NCBI GenBank assembly: GCA_023450935.1
Contig: JAEXGH010000023.1
Span: 436-64,435 of the forward strand
DNA: 64,000 bases
Direction of reading: 5' to 3'
From: Verrucomicrobiota bacterium
GTDB taxonomy: Bacteria; Verrucomicrobiota; Verrucomicrobiia; Opitutales; Intestinicryptomonadaceae
The notes under the pieces are model-generated. The model was given only the letters and a program-made list of their open reading frames with translations, was not told where the DNA came from and ran no database searches. The position numbers and the translations under genes were made by a program. Within the stretch, counting starts at the first letter, position 1. The number at the start of each line of letters is the position of its first letter. Of the stretch, positions 27,391-39,889 are shown piece by piece.

Positions 27391-27797
27391 TTCACTTCGG
27401 TGTCGAGGTGCAGTTTTGTGAGATTGTGGCGTTTGATTGCGTCTATTACGTCCACAATTTTCTGGTAGGGAAGTATGAAATCGGCGCGCAGGCTGATTGC
27501 GGGCGGGTCTTTATCGTTGGCGAGCATTCCGAGCAGTCTGTCAAGCTCCGCCATATCCACGGGCTGTTTGCCCCAGTAGATCTGCCCCGCCTTTGTAATG
27601 GAGATTACCTGAAACTTGATTTCGGGGCGTTGGCTTGCCGAATTTTTTTCCTGCTTGGGCAGGTTAATCGGGATTGTCTGCTCCAAAAGCGGCGTGCTTA
27701 TCATGAAGATGATGAGCAAAGAGAACGCCAAGTCCATAAGCGGGGTAACGTTCAATTCCGTCATTACGGAGAGAGACTGTCGGCGTTTTAATTTCAT
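27387..27797 (-). CDS. exbD: ExbD/TolR biopolymer transport protein
   Basis: 136 aa. 'ELNVTPLMDLAFSLLIIFMI' is the typical ExbD N-terminus. ATGA overlap with exbB. Confidence 0.8.
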   Translation of the reverse strand: MKLKRRQSLSVMTELNVTPLMDLAFSLLIIFMISTPLLEQTIPINLPKQEKNSASQRPEIKFQVISITKAGQIYWGKQPVDMAELDRLLGMLANDKDPPAISLRADFILPYQKIVDVIDAIKRHNLTKLHLDTEVK

Positions 27798-28630
27798 TCT
27801 TCGTCGAAGTTCGAAATTTCTTCGGAGTCGTCGTCGAGGCTGAAGTCTATGATTTTAGAGGCGTCGGGCGAAGTTGTCATTCTGCCCGAAACGGAAGCCG
27901 TTTTCGGCTCCCTCGTAGCGGCGGCTACGGGTGCGGCCGCCACCGATTCTATTTCGATTTTGTCGGAGAGCAGTCCCGCGTAGTTCTCTATATCAATGGT
28001 CATCTGCTTGATTTTCGAGCTTAGGTAGTTGTAGCCGAAAACCGACGGAATTGCTACAACCAGACCGGCAACCGTGGTAAGAAGCGCGCCAGCAACGCCG
28101 GGGGCGAGCTGCTGGAGCGTAACCGAAGTCTGCCCGCTCATCGACCCGAAGCAGTCCATAACGCCCCACGCCGTTCCGAGCAGCCCCAAGAACGGCGCGC
28201 CGCTTATAATTGTCCCCAGCAGAACCATTTTTGACTCGTATTTTTCGAGCTGTTCCGAGACGCTTCTGTTGAGCGCGTTTTCAATCATTGCCGTGCGCGT
28301 CGCCGCGGGCACGCGCGCCGCGTTTCCGAGCGACGCCAGCGTGTTGATTGCGTCTTTGAGAAGCTTCCCGAAGGGGCTTGCGCCCTGCAGCGCACCCGCC
28401 GCCTCAATCAGCGAGCGGTATTTCGCCACTTTCCTGTGCGCCGACTTGTTCATTTCGTCAATCGAAACTAAGTCCGAATACTTGCAGAACATAACTCCCC
28501 AAGCCATAACGCTCAGAACAAGAAGAATTACCACAATTACCTGTCCCGCAAAATTCGACTGGAAAAAGTAGTCGGTCAGCGTGTCTCCCACGACGTTTGT
28601 TTTCAAAGCAAAGTTTACAAAAAAGTTCAT
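27794..28630 (-). CDS. exbB: MotA/TolQ/ExbB proton-channel protein with an acidic C-terminal tail
   Basis: 278 aa. 'GTIISGAPFLGLLGTAWGVMDCF' and 'LAPGVAGALLTTVAGLVVAIP' are signature helices. It has a ~60-aa tail ending 'DFSLDDDSEEISNFDEE'. Confidence 0.8.
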   Translation of the reverse strand: MNFFVNFALKTNVVGDTLTDYFFQSNFAGQVIVVILLVLSVMAWGVMFCKYSDLVSIDEMNKSAHRKVAKYRSLIEAAGALQGASPFGKLLKDAINTLASLGNAARVPAATRTAMIENALNRSVSEQLEKYESKMVLLGTIISGAPFLGLLGTAWGVMDCFGSMSGQTSVTLQQLAPGVAGALLTTVAGLVVAIPSVFGYNYLSSKIKQMTIDIENYAGLLSDKIEIESVAAAPVAAATREPKTASVSGRMTTSPDASKIIDFSLDDDSEEISNFDEE

Positions 28631-28724
28631 ACAAACGGGTAGTATTGTCGCAGCTTTGGAAAAATCGAGATTTTTTTTTTGCGAAACAGCGATTTTTTAC
28701 GCCGCGTCCCGTTTCGGGCGGAAA

Positions 28725-29507
28725 TTACGCAATGAAAGACGACAACGCAATAACAGCCATTCCCAAAAACACGCCTACAATCGCCCCATGTTGGCGGTCG
28801 TATTCCTTCGCCATCGGAAGGAGCTCGTCGAGGGCAATGAACACCATAATGCCCGCCGTTGCCGCCATGCACGCGCCCACGAGCGACGGCGACATCACAC
28901 TTCCGAGCGCGAAATACGCAGCCACCGCGCCGAGCGGCTCCGCAAGCCCCGAAAACGTCGAAATCCAAAAAGCCTTTTGGCGGCTGCCTGTAGAGTGGTA
29001 GACGGGCAGTGCCACCGAGACTCCCTCCGGAATGTTGTGCAGTAAAATCGCAAGCCCCAGGGCAAGCCCCATTCGGGTATCCTCCACGGCGGAGAAAAAT
29101 ACGGAAAGCCCCTCGGGGAAGTTGTGTATTGCAAGCGCGGCGGCTGTCATTGTTGCGGCCTTGCTGAAGCGCGAACGCGACACGTCGCCTTCGAGCATTT
29201 CGGTATGGACGTGTTCGGGCACGAACGCATCGATGATTCCCGCAATCAGCGCGCCCGCAAAAAACATTGCAAGCATTTGTGCGCGCGCCGTTTCGGCGGA
29301 TTCGGCGGCTCTTGCAAGCAGCTGCGCCGACATCGGCATAATGTCGGCAAACGACACGAAAATCATCACGCCCGCCGAAAAACTCATCGCCATTGCCATC
29401 GTCCTGAGGTCCTGCTTTCTGACGAAAAACGCCAGCAGCGCGCCTATCGACGTTGACGCGCCCGCTACGAACGTTATGGCAAACGCTGTTAGAATATTGT
29501 TATCCAT
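28725..29507 (-). CDS. zupT: ZIP-family zinc transporter
   Basis: 260 aa. 'AIHNFPEGL' and 'LLHNIPEGV' are the ZupT metal-binding helices. Confidence 0.85.
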   Translation of the reverse strand: MDNNILTAFAITFVAGASTSIGALLAFFVRKQDLRTMAMAMSFSAGVMIFVSFADIMPMSAQLLARAAESAETARAQMLAMFFAGALIAGIIDAFVPEHVHTEMLEGDVSRSRFSKAATMTAAALAIHNFPEGLSVFFSAVEDTRMGLALGLAILLHNIPEGVSVALPVYHSTGSRQKAFWISTFSGLAEPLGAVAAYFALGSVMSPSLVGACMAATAGIMVFIALDELLPMAKEYDRQHGAIVGVFLGMAVIALSSFIA

Positions 29508-29610
29508 TTCCGCAATAATCCACGTTTCGGATTTTTTTTCAAGAGTTTATAATCGGTATTTCCCATTTTGGCTTGACTATTTCCGCGTTTTTTTAACCTA
29601 CTGTCGGTGT

Positions 29611-29994
29611 ATGGTTTGCAAATCCAGATTTTCACCAAAGCGCGCGGCGTTGCTTTCGCTGCTCAGGTCGGGGCGGCTCGACCACCCGACGGCTATGGAA
29701 ATCTATTCGGCAATGCGCCGGACGTATCCCAACATAAGTATGGGAACCGTTTACAGAAATCTGAAGTTTTTGAGCAGGCAGGGCGAAATACTCGTTGTGG
29801 GCGCGCCCGACGAATCGGAGAGGTTCGACCACAACACGTTTGCGCACTCGCATTTCTTCTGTAAAAAGTGCGGGAGGATTATGGACATACCCATTCCCGA
29901 AAAATTCGTCGAGACTGCCGAGGCGTCGTCGGGCGTTAAAATACAGTCGTTGCGGGTCGTGGCGGAGGGCGTCTGCAACAGGTGCGGCAAGTAG
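29611..29994 (+). CDS. zur: Fur-family metalloregulator (Zur-like by context)
   Basis: 127 aa from the ATG at 29611. Winged helix 'MGTVYRNLKFLSRQG', 'HSHFFCKKCG' and 'GVCNRCGK' (two CxxC pairs). Divergent from zupT. The longer 320-aa ORF is antisense to zupT and is rejected. Confidence 0.75.
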   Translation: MVCKSRFSPKRAALLSLLRSGRLDHPTAMEIYSAMRRTYPNISMGTVYRNLKFLSRQGEILVVGAPDESERFDHNTFAHSHFFCKKCGRIMDIPIPEKFVETAEASSGVKIQSLRVVAEGVCNRCGK

Positions 29995-30031
29995 TTTTTT
30001 GCCCTTGCCGAAGCGGGCGCGTTTTCGTGTT

Positions 30032-30910
30032 TCAGCCTATGCACGCAATCGCTACGGCGACCAGAATCATTATCGAGCCGAAAATGCGGCGTTGCGCCGA
30101 TGCGCGCGAAAGTTTTTCCAATTCGGGATATTTATCCGCCAAAAAATACACCAGCGCAATGGACATCAATCCGCGCGTGTTGTAGAAGATGTTGCACAGT
30201 CCCACGTCGAGTCCCCCCGCCAACGCTCTGAACATCAGCATTGATTCGAACGCCATCAACGCCGCCGCAGCCAAGCCCGCGCCGAACGACTTGTTCGACG
30301 GGCGGAAATCGGCGCACATTTGCGGCATAAACGGGAGCGAAGATACCACCAAAACAATGCTTGTCATTCCCAGAAACGCGAACGGATCGAACGCCTTCCC
30401 CAAAAAAGACACGAGAACGTCGCACAATGCGTAAAACGTGCATGTAATAAGCGCGAGGCTTATTGTCGGCAGAAGCTTACCGCCCGCAAGCGAAGACTTG
30501 TCGAAGCCCATGACAAATACCGCCGCGCAGCAGAGCACTCCCGCGGCGAGCATTATGGGCGAACACGCAACGTCGGTAATTACCGCCGCTGCCGCAAGCA
30601 CCAGCAAAACCTTTACGCCCATGATGGGAGTCATAAGGCTCACTTCTCCGTAGTGGGCGCATAGAAAGGTCGTGTAGTTCGCAAGGGCGAAAAACGTTCC
30701 CACAATCAGCGGTTTCCAAAGCTCGCCCGCGGGCGGAAGTTCTCCGCACAACGCTACGGGCGCAAAAACCGCCGCCAGCATGAGGTTTGTCGCCGCAAGC
30801 ATCGACGTTGCGCGGACGCCGCCCTCGCGCGAAGCCACTTTTACAAGCACCACGCTAAACGAGTAAAATAGAGCCGCAATTATCGGCAATATAGACAATT
30901 TCCAATCCAT
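30032..30910 (-). CDS. EamA/DMT-superfamily transporter
   Basis: 293 aa from the ATG at 30908-30910 ('MDWKLSILPIIAALFYSF'), about 10 hydrophobic helices. The 707-aa ORF-track model is an antisense run-on. Confidence 0.7.
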   Translation of the reverse strand: MDWKLSILPIIAALFYSFSVVLVKVASREGGVRATSMLAATNLMLAAVFAPVALCGELPPAGELWKPLIVGTFFALANYTTFLCAHYGEVSLMTPIMGVKVLLVLAAAAVITDVACSPIMLAAGVLCCAAVFVMGFDKSSLAGGKLLPTISLALITCTFYALCDVLVSFLGKAFDPFAFLGMTSIVLVVSSLPFMPQMCADFRPSNKSFGAGLAAAALMAFESMLMFRALAGGLDVGLCNIFYNTRGLMSIALVYFLADKYPELEKLSRASAQRRIFGSIMILVAVAIACIG

Positions 30911-31069
30911 AAAAAATGCGGATACTACGCCGGCGTCCCAGTTTGTAAAGTTTTTTGTGGCGGCAGCGCGACAGACATCGGTTGTCGGCGAAATACCGTG
31001 CCAAACAATACTAATTTTTCTTGACTTCCCCTCGGGTTCGGGCAAAATCTCCATTGAAAAAATAAAGTC

Positions 31070-32407
31070 ATGAAAAATCTTAAAAAACCATTTTTTGCGG
31101 TGGCGGCGGCGTTCGTTTTGACCTCCTGTTCTTCCGGAAAGGCGTTGGTTTTCGACAACCCCGCCGACGAAGCCAACAGGCTCAAGACGTTGAATTCCGA
31201 AATTTTCGTGCCCTATAAAAAGCTCACAACACCCCCCGGCTTCCATTGGTTCGCCTACTACGACAAGCTTGAAACCGACCCGTCGGGCAGGTATGTGCTT
31301 GCGATGAAAACAGATTTCGAAGGGCGCAGTCCCAAAGCGGGCGACGAAATCGAAATAGGAATGGTTGACACACAGGACGGCTGCAAGTGGGTCAAGCTCG
31401 GAACGTCGAAGGCGTGGGGGTGGCAGCAGGGTTGCCAGCTGCAGTTTATTCCGCAGTCGAAGTCGGAGGTGATTTGGAACGACCGCGAGGGCGGCAAATT
31501 CGTGTCGCGAATTGTCGATGTGCAAACGCGGAAAATGCGCACCATAAATACCCCCGTATACGCGCTTTCGCCCGACGGCAAATGGGCGGTCACGGTTGAC
31601 TATTCGCGCGTGAACGACATGCGCAAAGGCTACGGCTACAGCGGCATTCCCGACAAATTCGCCGCCGAAAAATTCCCGAGCAACGCGGGCATTTGGAAGG
31701 TCGATTTGAAGACGGGGCAGAAAAAGCTTATTGTCTCGCACGCCGATGCGATGAAAATTCCCAATCCGCTCGACCCCGAATTTGCCGACGCCAAGCACTG
31801 GTTCAACCACCTGCTTGTTTCGCCCGACGGCAAACGCTTCATATTCCTCCACCGCTGGCGTTATCCCGACGCCGCGCGCACGGCAAAATACAAAGATGTG
31901 GGCGGATTCGGCACGCGAATGTTTACCGCGTCTGTTGACGGCGGCGACTTGCGCGCAATAGACCCCTACAACTATACTTCGCACTTTATTTGGGATACCG
32001 AAAGCAAAAACGTCGTAGCGTGGACGCGCATTCCCCGCAACGGTGAAATGCGCAAGGGGTTCTATGTAATCGCCGACTCCCCGACCGAAAAAATTTCGCT
32101 CATAGGCGAAGGCGTTATGACCGACAACGGACACAATACCTTCCTGAGCAACCACCCCGAATGGATTTTAAACGACACCTATCCCAGAGAGTGGACGCAA
32201 CACAGACAGGAAGTCTACATTTACAACGTCAAAACGGGCGAAAAGAAGGTCATAGCGCGGCTTAATTCCCCAAAAGGCTATAAGGGCGAACTCCGCTGCG
32301 ACACCCACCCGCGCTCGACGCCCGACGGCACGAAAGTTATCGTAGATTCCGCGCACGACGGCGGCAGGCAAATCTATATGTTCGATATTTCCGAATTGAT
32401 AAGGTAG
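31070..32407 (+). CDS. TolB-like beta-propeller lipoprotein (PD40-type repeats; possibly oligogalacturonide-lyase-like)
   Basis: Lipobox 'AAAFVLTSCSS'. Repeated 'SPDG' blades: 'ALSPDGKWAV', 'LVSPDGKRFIFLH', 'STPDGTKVIVDS'. The functional subclass was not verified. Confidence 0.55.
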   Translation: MKNLKKPFFAVAAAFVLTSCSSGKALVFDNPADEANRLKTLNSEIFVPYKKLTTPPGFHWFAYYDKLETDPSGRYVLAMKTDFEGRSPKAGDEIEIGMVDTQDGCKWVKLGTSKAWGWQQGCQLQFIPQSKSEVIWNDREGGKFVSRIVDVQTRKMRTINTPVYALSPDGKWAVTVDYSRVNDMRKGYGYSGIPDKFAAEKFPSNAGIWKVDLKTGQKKLIVSHADAMKIPNPLDPEFADAKHWFNHLLVSPDGKRFIFLHRWRYPDAARTAKYKDVGGFGTRMFTASVDGGDLRAIDPYNYTSHFIWDTESKNVVAWTRIPRNGEMRKGFYVIADSPTEKISLIGEGVMTDNGHNTFLSNHPEWILNDTYPREWTQHRQEVYIYNVKTGEKKVIARLNSPKGYKGELRCDTHPRSTPDGTKVIVDSAHDGGRQIYMFDISELIR

Positions 32408-32437
32408 TAGTAAACCAATTGATAAAGTAGTAGTAAA
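32394..32437 (+). repeat. Tandem 21-bp direct repeat spanning the stop codon of the preceding gene
   Basis: aattgataaGgtagtagtaaa (32394-32414), cc, aattgataaAgtagtagtaaa (32417-32437). One mismatch. Confidence 0.9.
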
Positions 32438-32713
32438 TTCATATGTAATCCAACGCGGCGGGGGCTTCGGCTCTCCGCTGCTTTCTTTTGCGGATTGAAG
32501 CATTTCCCCCTTTTATCTCCCGCGGCAGTTCTCCCCGTTCCCGCCGCGGGGTGCTCCTTTGGAAAGGCTCTGGGGCTGCGTTTACGCTCTTTTCGGAACG
32601 TTGCCGACAGAATCTAATACGCCGCCTTGCGCGTTAAAACGCGGAGGAAAACGCGCGATAAAAAACGCGGCGGACAAAAGCCCGTCGCGCTTGAATGTTT
32701 GTTGGGGTATCGG

Positions 32714-36631
<3,918 letters not shown>

Positions 36632-36697
36632 TCAAGGATTTTTTTTTAATATCCCGCGTTTTTTCCCGAATGTAATACTTGTAAAGGAAAGGTTTTT

Positions 36698-37054
36698 ATG
36701 GAGAACTTCGAAAAGGGAAAAATACTGGACATTGCGGGCTCGGTTTCATACGAATCTGCCGGAGTTGTAAGCAAGCAGATTCTCAAAAACGCGGCGGGAA
36801 ACATAACGGTGTTTTCGTTCGCAAAAGGGCAGGGGCTGAGCACCCACAGCGCACCGTTCGACGCGCTCGTTCAGGTGCTTGACGGCGAGGCCGAAATACT
36901 CATAGGCGGCGTCCCGCGCAGACTCAAAAGCGGCGATTTCATCATACTGCCCGCGAACGTTCCGCATTCGGTCTTCGCGGTGGACAGCTTCAAGATGCTG
37001 CTTACGATGATTTACGCGTCGGAATCGCCGGCCAAGGTGTGCCGTTGTTCGTAG
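36698..37054 (+). CDS. Cupin-domain protein
   Basis: 118 aa. 'GLSTHSAPFDALVQVLDGEAEILIGG..LKSGDFIILPANVPHSV' has the cupin_2 two-motif layout. Confidence 0.7.
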   Translation: MENFEKGKILDIAGSVSYESAGVVSKQILKNAAGNITVFSFAKGQGLSTHSAPFDALVQVLDGEAEILIGGVPRRLKSGDFIILPANVPHSVFAVDSFKMLLTMIYASESPAKVCRCS

Positions 37055-37094
37055 CCCGCGCGGGTTTTTGTGCGCCACAAAGGCGCGCACAAAG

Positions 37095-38465
37095 CTATTG
37101 CGGCGCGAGAATGTGGTATGAAATGGTGCGCCCCTTGAGCACCTGAATGAGCGTTTTTACGGGTTTTTTTTCGTATTTTTCATACTCTTTCTCCACATCG
37201 GAAAAGGAGCGAATGGGTGTATCGCCTATTTTCAGCAGAATGTCGCCCTCTTCGACGCCCGCGATGTCGAACGGGAACGCGCGCCTGACGCTCGATATTA
37301 TTACGGGGCTTTGGACGGTGATTTTCTTTTCGCGTCTGAGTGCCTTGGTGATTTCGCGCAACCCCGCGCCCCACTTTTCGAGCGCGTATTCGCGCCCGAC
37401 GCGGCTTTCAAGCGTTTCGGTTTTCACGGAAATCCGTCTTGTTTCGCCGTTTCGCAGAATTTCGAACACGACGTTTTCACCCACTTTCATTCGGGCTATT
37501 TTGTTCATAATTGCGGGCAGTTGTTCGGGGTAGCGGCCGTCTATCGGCTCCGAGTTTATTTGCGTGATAACGTCTCCCGCGAAAATTCCCGCAACCGCCG
37601 CGGGCGAGCCCACATCGACATTCCCCACAAGCGCGCCGCGCGCGTCTCCGGCATCGGTGTCGCCGTTGGGCAGCAACCCTATTCCCGTGTAGGCGCGTTC
37701 GACTCTTCCGTCCTTTAAAATGCGTCCGATGACCTCTTTTGCGACGTTCGAAGGCACCGCAAAAGACAGGTTGTTCGATTCAAGCACCGTGCGCGTGTTT
37801 ATTCCAACAACCGTTCCGTCTGGCAGCGAAAGCGGGCCGCCGCTGTTGCCGGGGTTGATTGCGGCATCGGTTTGAAGCCAAGTGTTGAACTGCCCCGTTT
37901 CGTAGCCGCGTTCGGTAAGCTCTCCGGCAAAGTAGCGTTTTGTGTTCGATATTATTCCGCGCGTCACCGTTCTTGCGAAACCGTGCGGCGTGCCGACGGC
38001 GTAGACTTCCGCCGCGCTTTTTAGTTTGTCGGAGTCGCCGAAACGGGAGAATTTGAAGCGCAGGTTGCGCCGTTTGATTTCGTCGGCGTCGATTTTTACA
38101 ACCGCCAAATCGGTCCAGTGGTCCCAGCCCGCAAAGTGTGCCTTTACGCGTTCGAGCGAAGGCAAAATCACTTCGATTTTTTCCGCATACGGATTTACAA
38201 CGTGGGCATTTGTGGCTACAAGCCCGTCGGGCGAAATAATTACGCCCGAACCGAGACTGCGCACGAGGTCTTTTTGCCCGTTCGCCGCCGCCGACTCCCA
38301 AACGTCGATTTTTACCACGCTGTCGAGCAGGTTTTCGAAGCCCGCTCCCAGCGAATCCGCTTCGCCGCCGGCGGCGGGGCAATGTTCCGCGCAGCCGCAA
38401 CCGCCCGCGCACCCCGAAATAGCCGCCGCGAACGCGCACATCAAAAAGACCGCAACCCTAAACAT
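37095..38465 (-). CDS. htrA: HtrA/DegP-family serine protease with PDZ domains
   Basis: Catalytic triad contexts 'VATNAHVV', 'TDLAVVKI' and 'INPGNSGGPL'. Lipoprotein-like N-terminus 'AAISGC'. PDZ-like C-terminal regions. Confidence 0.85.
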   Translation of the reverse strand: MFRVAVFLMCAFAAAISGCAGGCGCAEHCPAAGGEADSLGAGFENLLDSVVKIDVWESAAANGQKDLVRSLGSGVIISPDGLVATNAHVVNPYAEKIEVILPSLERVKAHFAGWDHWTDLAVVKIDADEIKRRNLRFKFSRFGDSDKLKSAAEVYAVGTPHGFARTVTRGIISNTKRYFAGELTERGYETGQFNTWLQTDAAINPGNSGGPLSLPDGTVVGINTRTVLESNNLSFAVPSNVAKEVIGRILKDGRVERAYTGIGLLPNGDTDAGDARGALVGNVDVGSPAAVAGIFAGDVITQINSEPIDGRYPEQLPAIMNKIARMKVGENVVFEILRNGETRRISVKTETLESRVGREYALEKWGAGLREITKALRREKKITVQSPVIISSVRRAFPFDIAGVEEGDILLKIGDTPIRSFSDVEKEYEKYEKKPVKTLIQVLKGRTISYHILAPQ

Positions 38466-38883
38466 CGTCGGGACGTTTGCCGCTTTGGGCTATAACTTTT
38501 ATACCTATGCCGCCCCTTATGTTGAAGTCGCCCTCAACCTTGCACCAGACGGGCTTGAGTGCGTCGGTGAGGTCTTGCAGAATCACGTTTGTGAGGTGTT
38601 CGTGGAAGCACCCCTCGTTGCGGAACGACCACAAATAAAGCTTCAGCGACTTGCTTTCCACGATTCTTTCGGCGGGCACATACGAAATTTTTATTTTCGC
38701 GAAATCCGGCTGCCCCGTGGCGGGGCATAGGCATGTGAATTCGTCGGTAAAAAGCTCCACCAAGTAGTGGTTTTTTGTCTTGTTCGGGAACGTCTCCAGC
38801 TTTTTGGAGGGTTTTGCCTTCGTTTTGCGCCCCGCACCCAAAAGTGTCAGAGACGACAAATCTTTTTTTTGCGTTTTATTCAT
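38458..38883 (-). CDS. queF: NADPH-dependent 7-cyano-7-deazaguanine (preQ0) reductase, type I
   Basis: 'CLCPATGQPDFAKIKISYVP' and the QueF motif 'ESKSLKLYLWSFR'. ATG at 38881-38883 (the upstream TTG at 38895 is an alternative). It overlaps the htrA start by 8 nt. Confidence 0.85.
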   Translation of the reverse strand: MNKTQKKDLSSLTLLGAGRKTKAKPSKKLETFPNKTKNHYLVELFTDEFTCLCPATGQPDFAKIKISYVPAERIVESKSLKLYLWSFRNEGCFHEHLTNVILQDLTDALKPVWCKVEGDFNIRGGIGIKVIAQSGKRPDDV

Positions 38884-38884
38884 T

Positions 38885-39865
38885 TTAAAATTCAATCATC
38901 ACTTTGCCGTTGCGCGAATTTTCGCACGCGCGCGCCAACGCCTTCGAGATGTCCCCCACCTTGAAACTCGAATCCACGGGGGCTTTGAGCGTCCCGTCTG
39001 CAATCAGCGCGAAAACCTTTTCGAAAACGGCGTCAACCTCCGCTTTGGGGGCGGTGCGGCGGAATTTGTCCCACCAGAAGCCGCGCAGACGAAGGTCGTT
39101 GAAAATGAGGAAGCGCGTCGGGAAGCGGATTGGGTCGGAGGTCATCGCGCCAATCGTTACGATTGTCGCCGAATTCCCCGCCGCCTTGATCATGTTCGAC
39201 ACGCTTTCGCCGCCTATTTGATTGAGCCCGAGAAGTATTTTCCCGTCGGTGAGCGTTTTGATTTTTTTTGCGTCGAATTCGTTTTCGTCAACTATGATGT
39301 CAGCGCCGATTTTTTCGAGAGCCGCCTTTTTCGCGGCGGCGTTGCGCAGCATATTCACGGTTTTCACTCCGCGCGCTGCGCACATCTGAATGAGGAAGTA
39401 GCCAAGCGCGCTGCCCGCGCCGTTTTGGATAATCCAGTCGCCCTCCCCGAGTTTTGCGAATTTCTCCAAGAAACACAGGGCGGTGGGCGGGTTTATGAAC
39501 GCCATTGCAAGCGCGCCCAAGTCGAGGCCTTCCGGCACGCGCATGAGCGCGTCGGAATCGGCAACCTGATACTGCTGCCACGTCCCAAGTTCGGACGAAA
39601 GCGCGACTTTGTCGCCGACTTTCAGCACCGCGCCCGCTGCAGCCTCCACGACTTCGCCCACGCCCTCGCGCCCCGCTATTGCCGGCAGCTGTTTGAGCGT
39701 TCCGTATGAGCCCCCAATCATTCCCAAATCGGACGGATTGACTGGGGCCCTGAGGAGTTTCACAAGAACCTGCCCCTGCCTGAGGGCGGGCACTTCGAGC
39801 GTTTCGGCAGCCACGACTTCCGCGGGCTTGCCGTATTGTCTGTAGACGGCGGCTATGTTTTTCAT
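38885..39865 (-). CDS. MDR-superfamily NAD(P)H-dependent oxidoreductase (quinone/enoyl-reductase-like)
   Basis: 326 aa. 'PVNPSDLGMIGGSYG' and the nucleotide-binding 'IQNGAGSALGYFLIQ'. Confidence 0.75.
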   Translation of the reverse strand: MKNIAAVYRQYGKPAEVVAAETLEVPALRQGQVLVKLLRAPVNPSDLGMIGGSYGTLKQLPAIAGREGVGEVVEAAAGAVLKVGDKVALSSELGTWQQYQVADSDALMRVPEGLDLGALAMAFINPPTALCFLEKFAKLGEGDWIIQNGAGSALGYFLIQMCAARGVKTVNMLRNAAAKKAALEKIGADIIVDENEFDAKKIKTLTDGKILLGLNQIGGESVSNMIKAAGNSATIVTIGAMTSDPIRFPTRFLIFNDLRLRGFWWDKFRRTAPKAEVDAVFEKVFALIADGTLKAPVDSSFKVGDISKALARACENSRNGKVMIEF

Positions 39866-39889
39866 TCTGTCGCTATCGGAAAAATTCGT

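Noticed and set aside
29032-29610. The N-terminal 193 codons of the 320-aa plus-strand ORF that ends in the Fur-family gene
   Set aside because: This part is antisense to zupT, has no recognisable motifs and crosses the promoter region. The Fur-like domain starts at the ATG at 29611.
30032-32155. A 707-aa minus-strand ORF that looks like a giant fusion protein
   Set aside because: Only the C-terminal 293 aa (from 'MDWKLSIL', ATG at 30908-30910) are a coherent EamA-type transporter. The N-terminal ~410 aa are low-complexity, Arg/Gly/Val-rich and exactly antisense to the well-supported lipoprotein gene at 31070-32407. This is a GC-rich shadow ORF.
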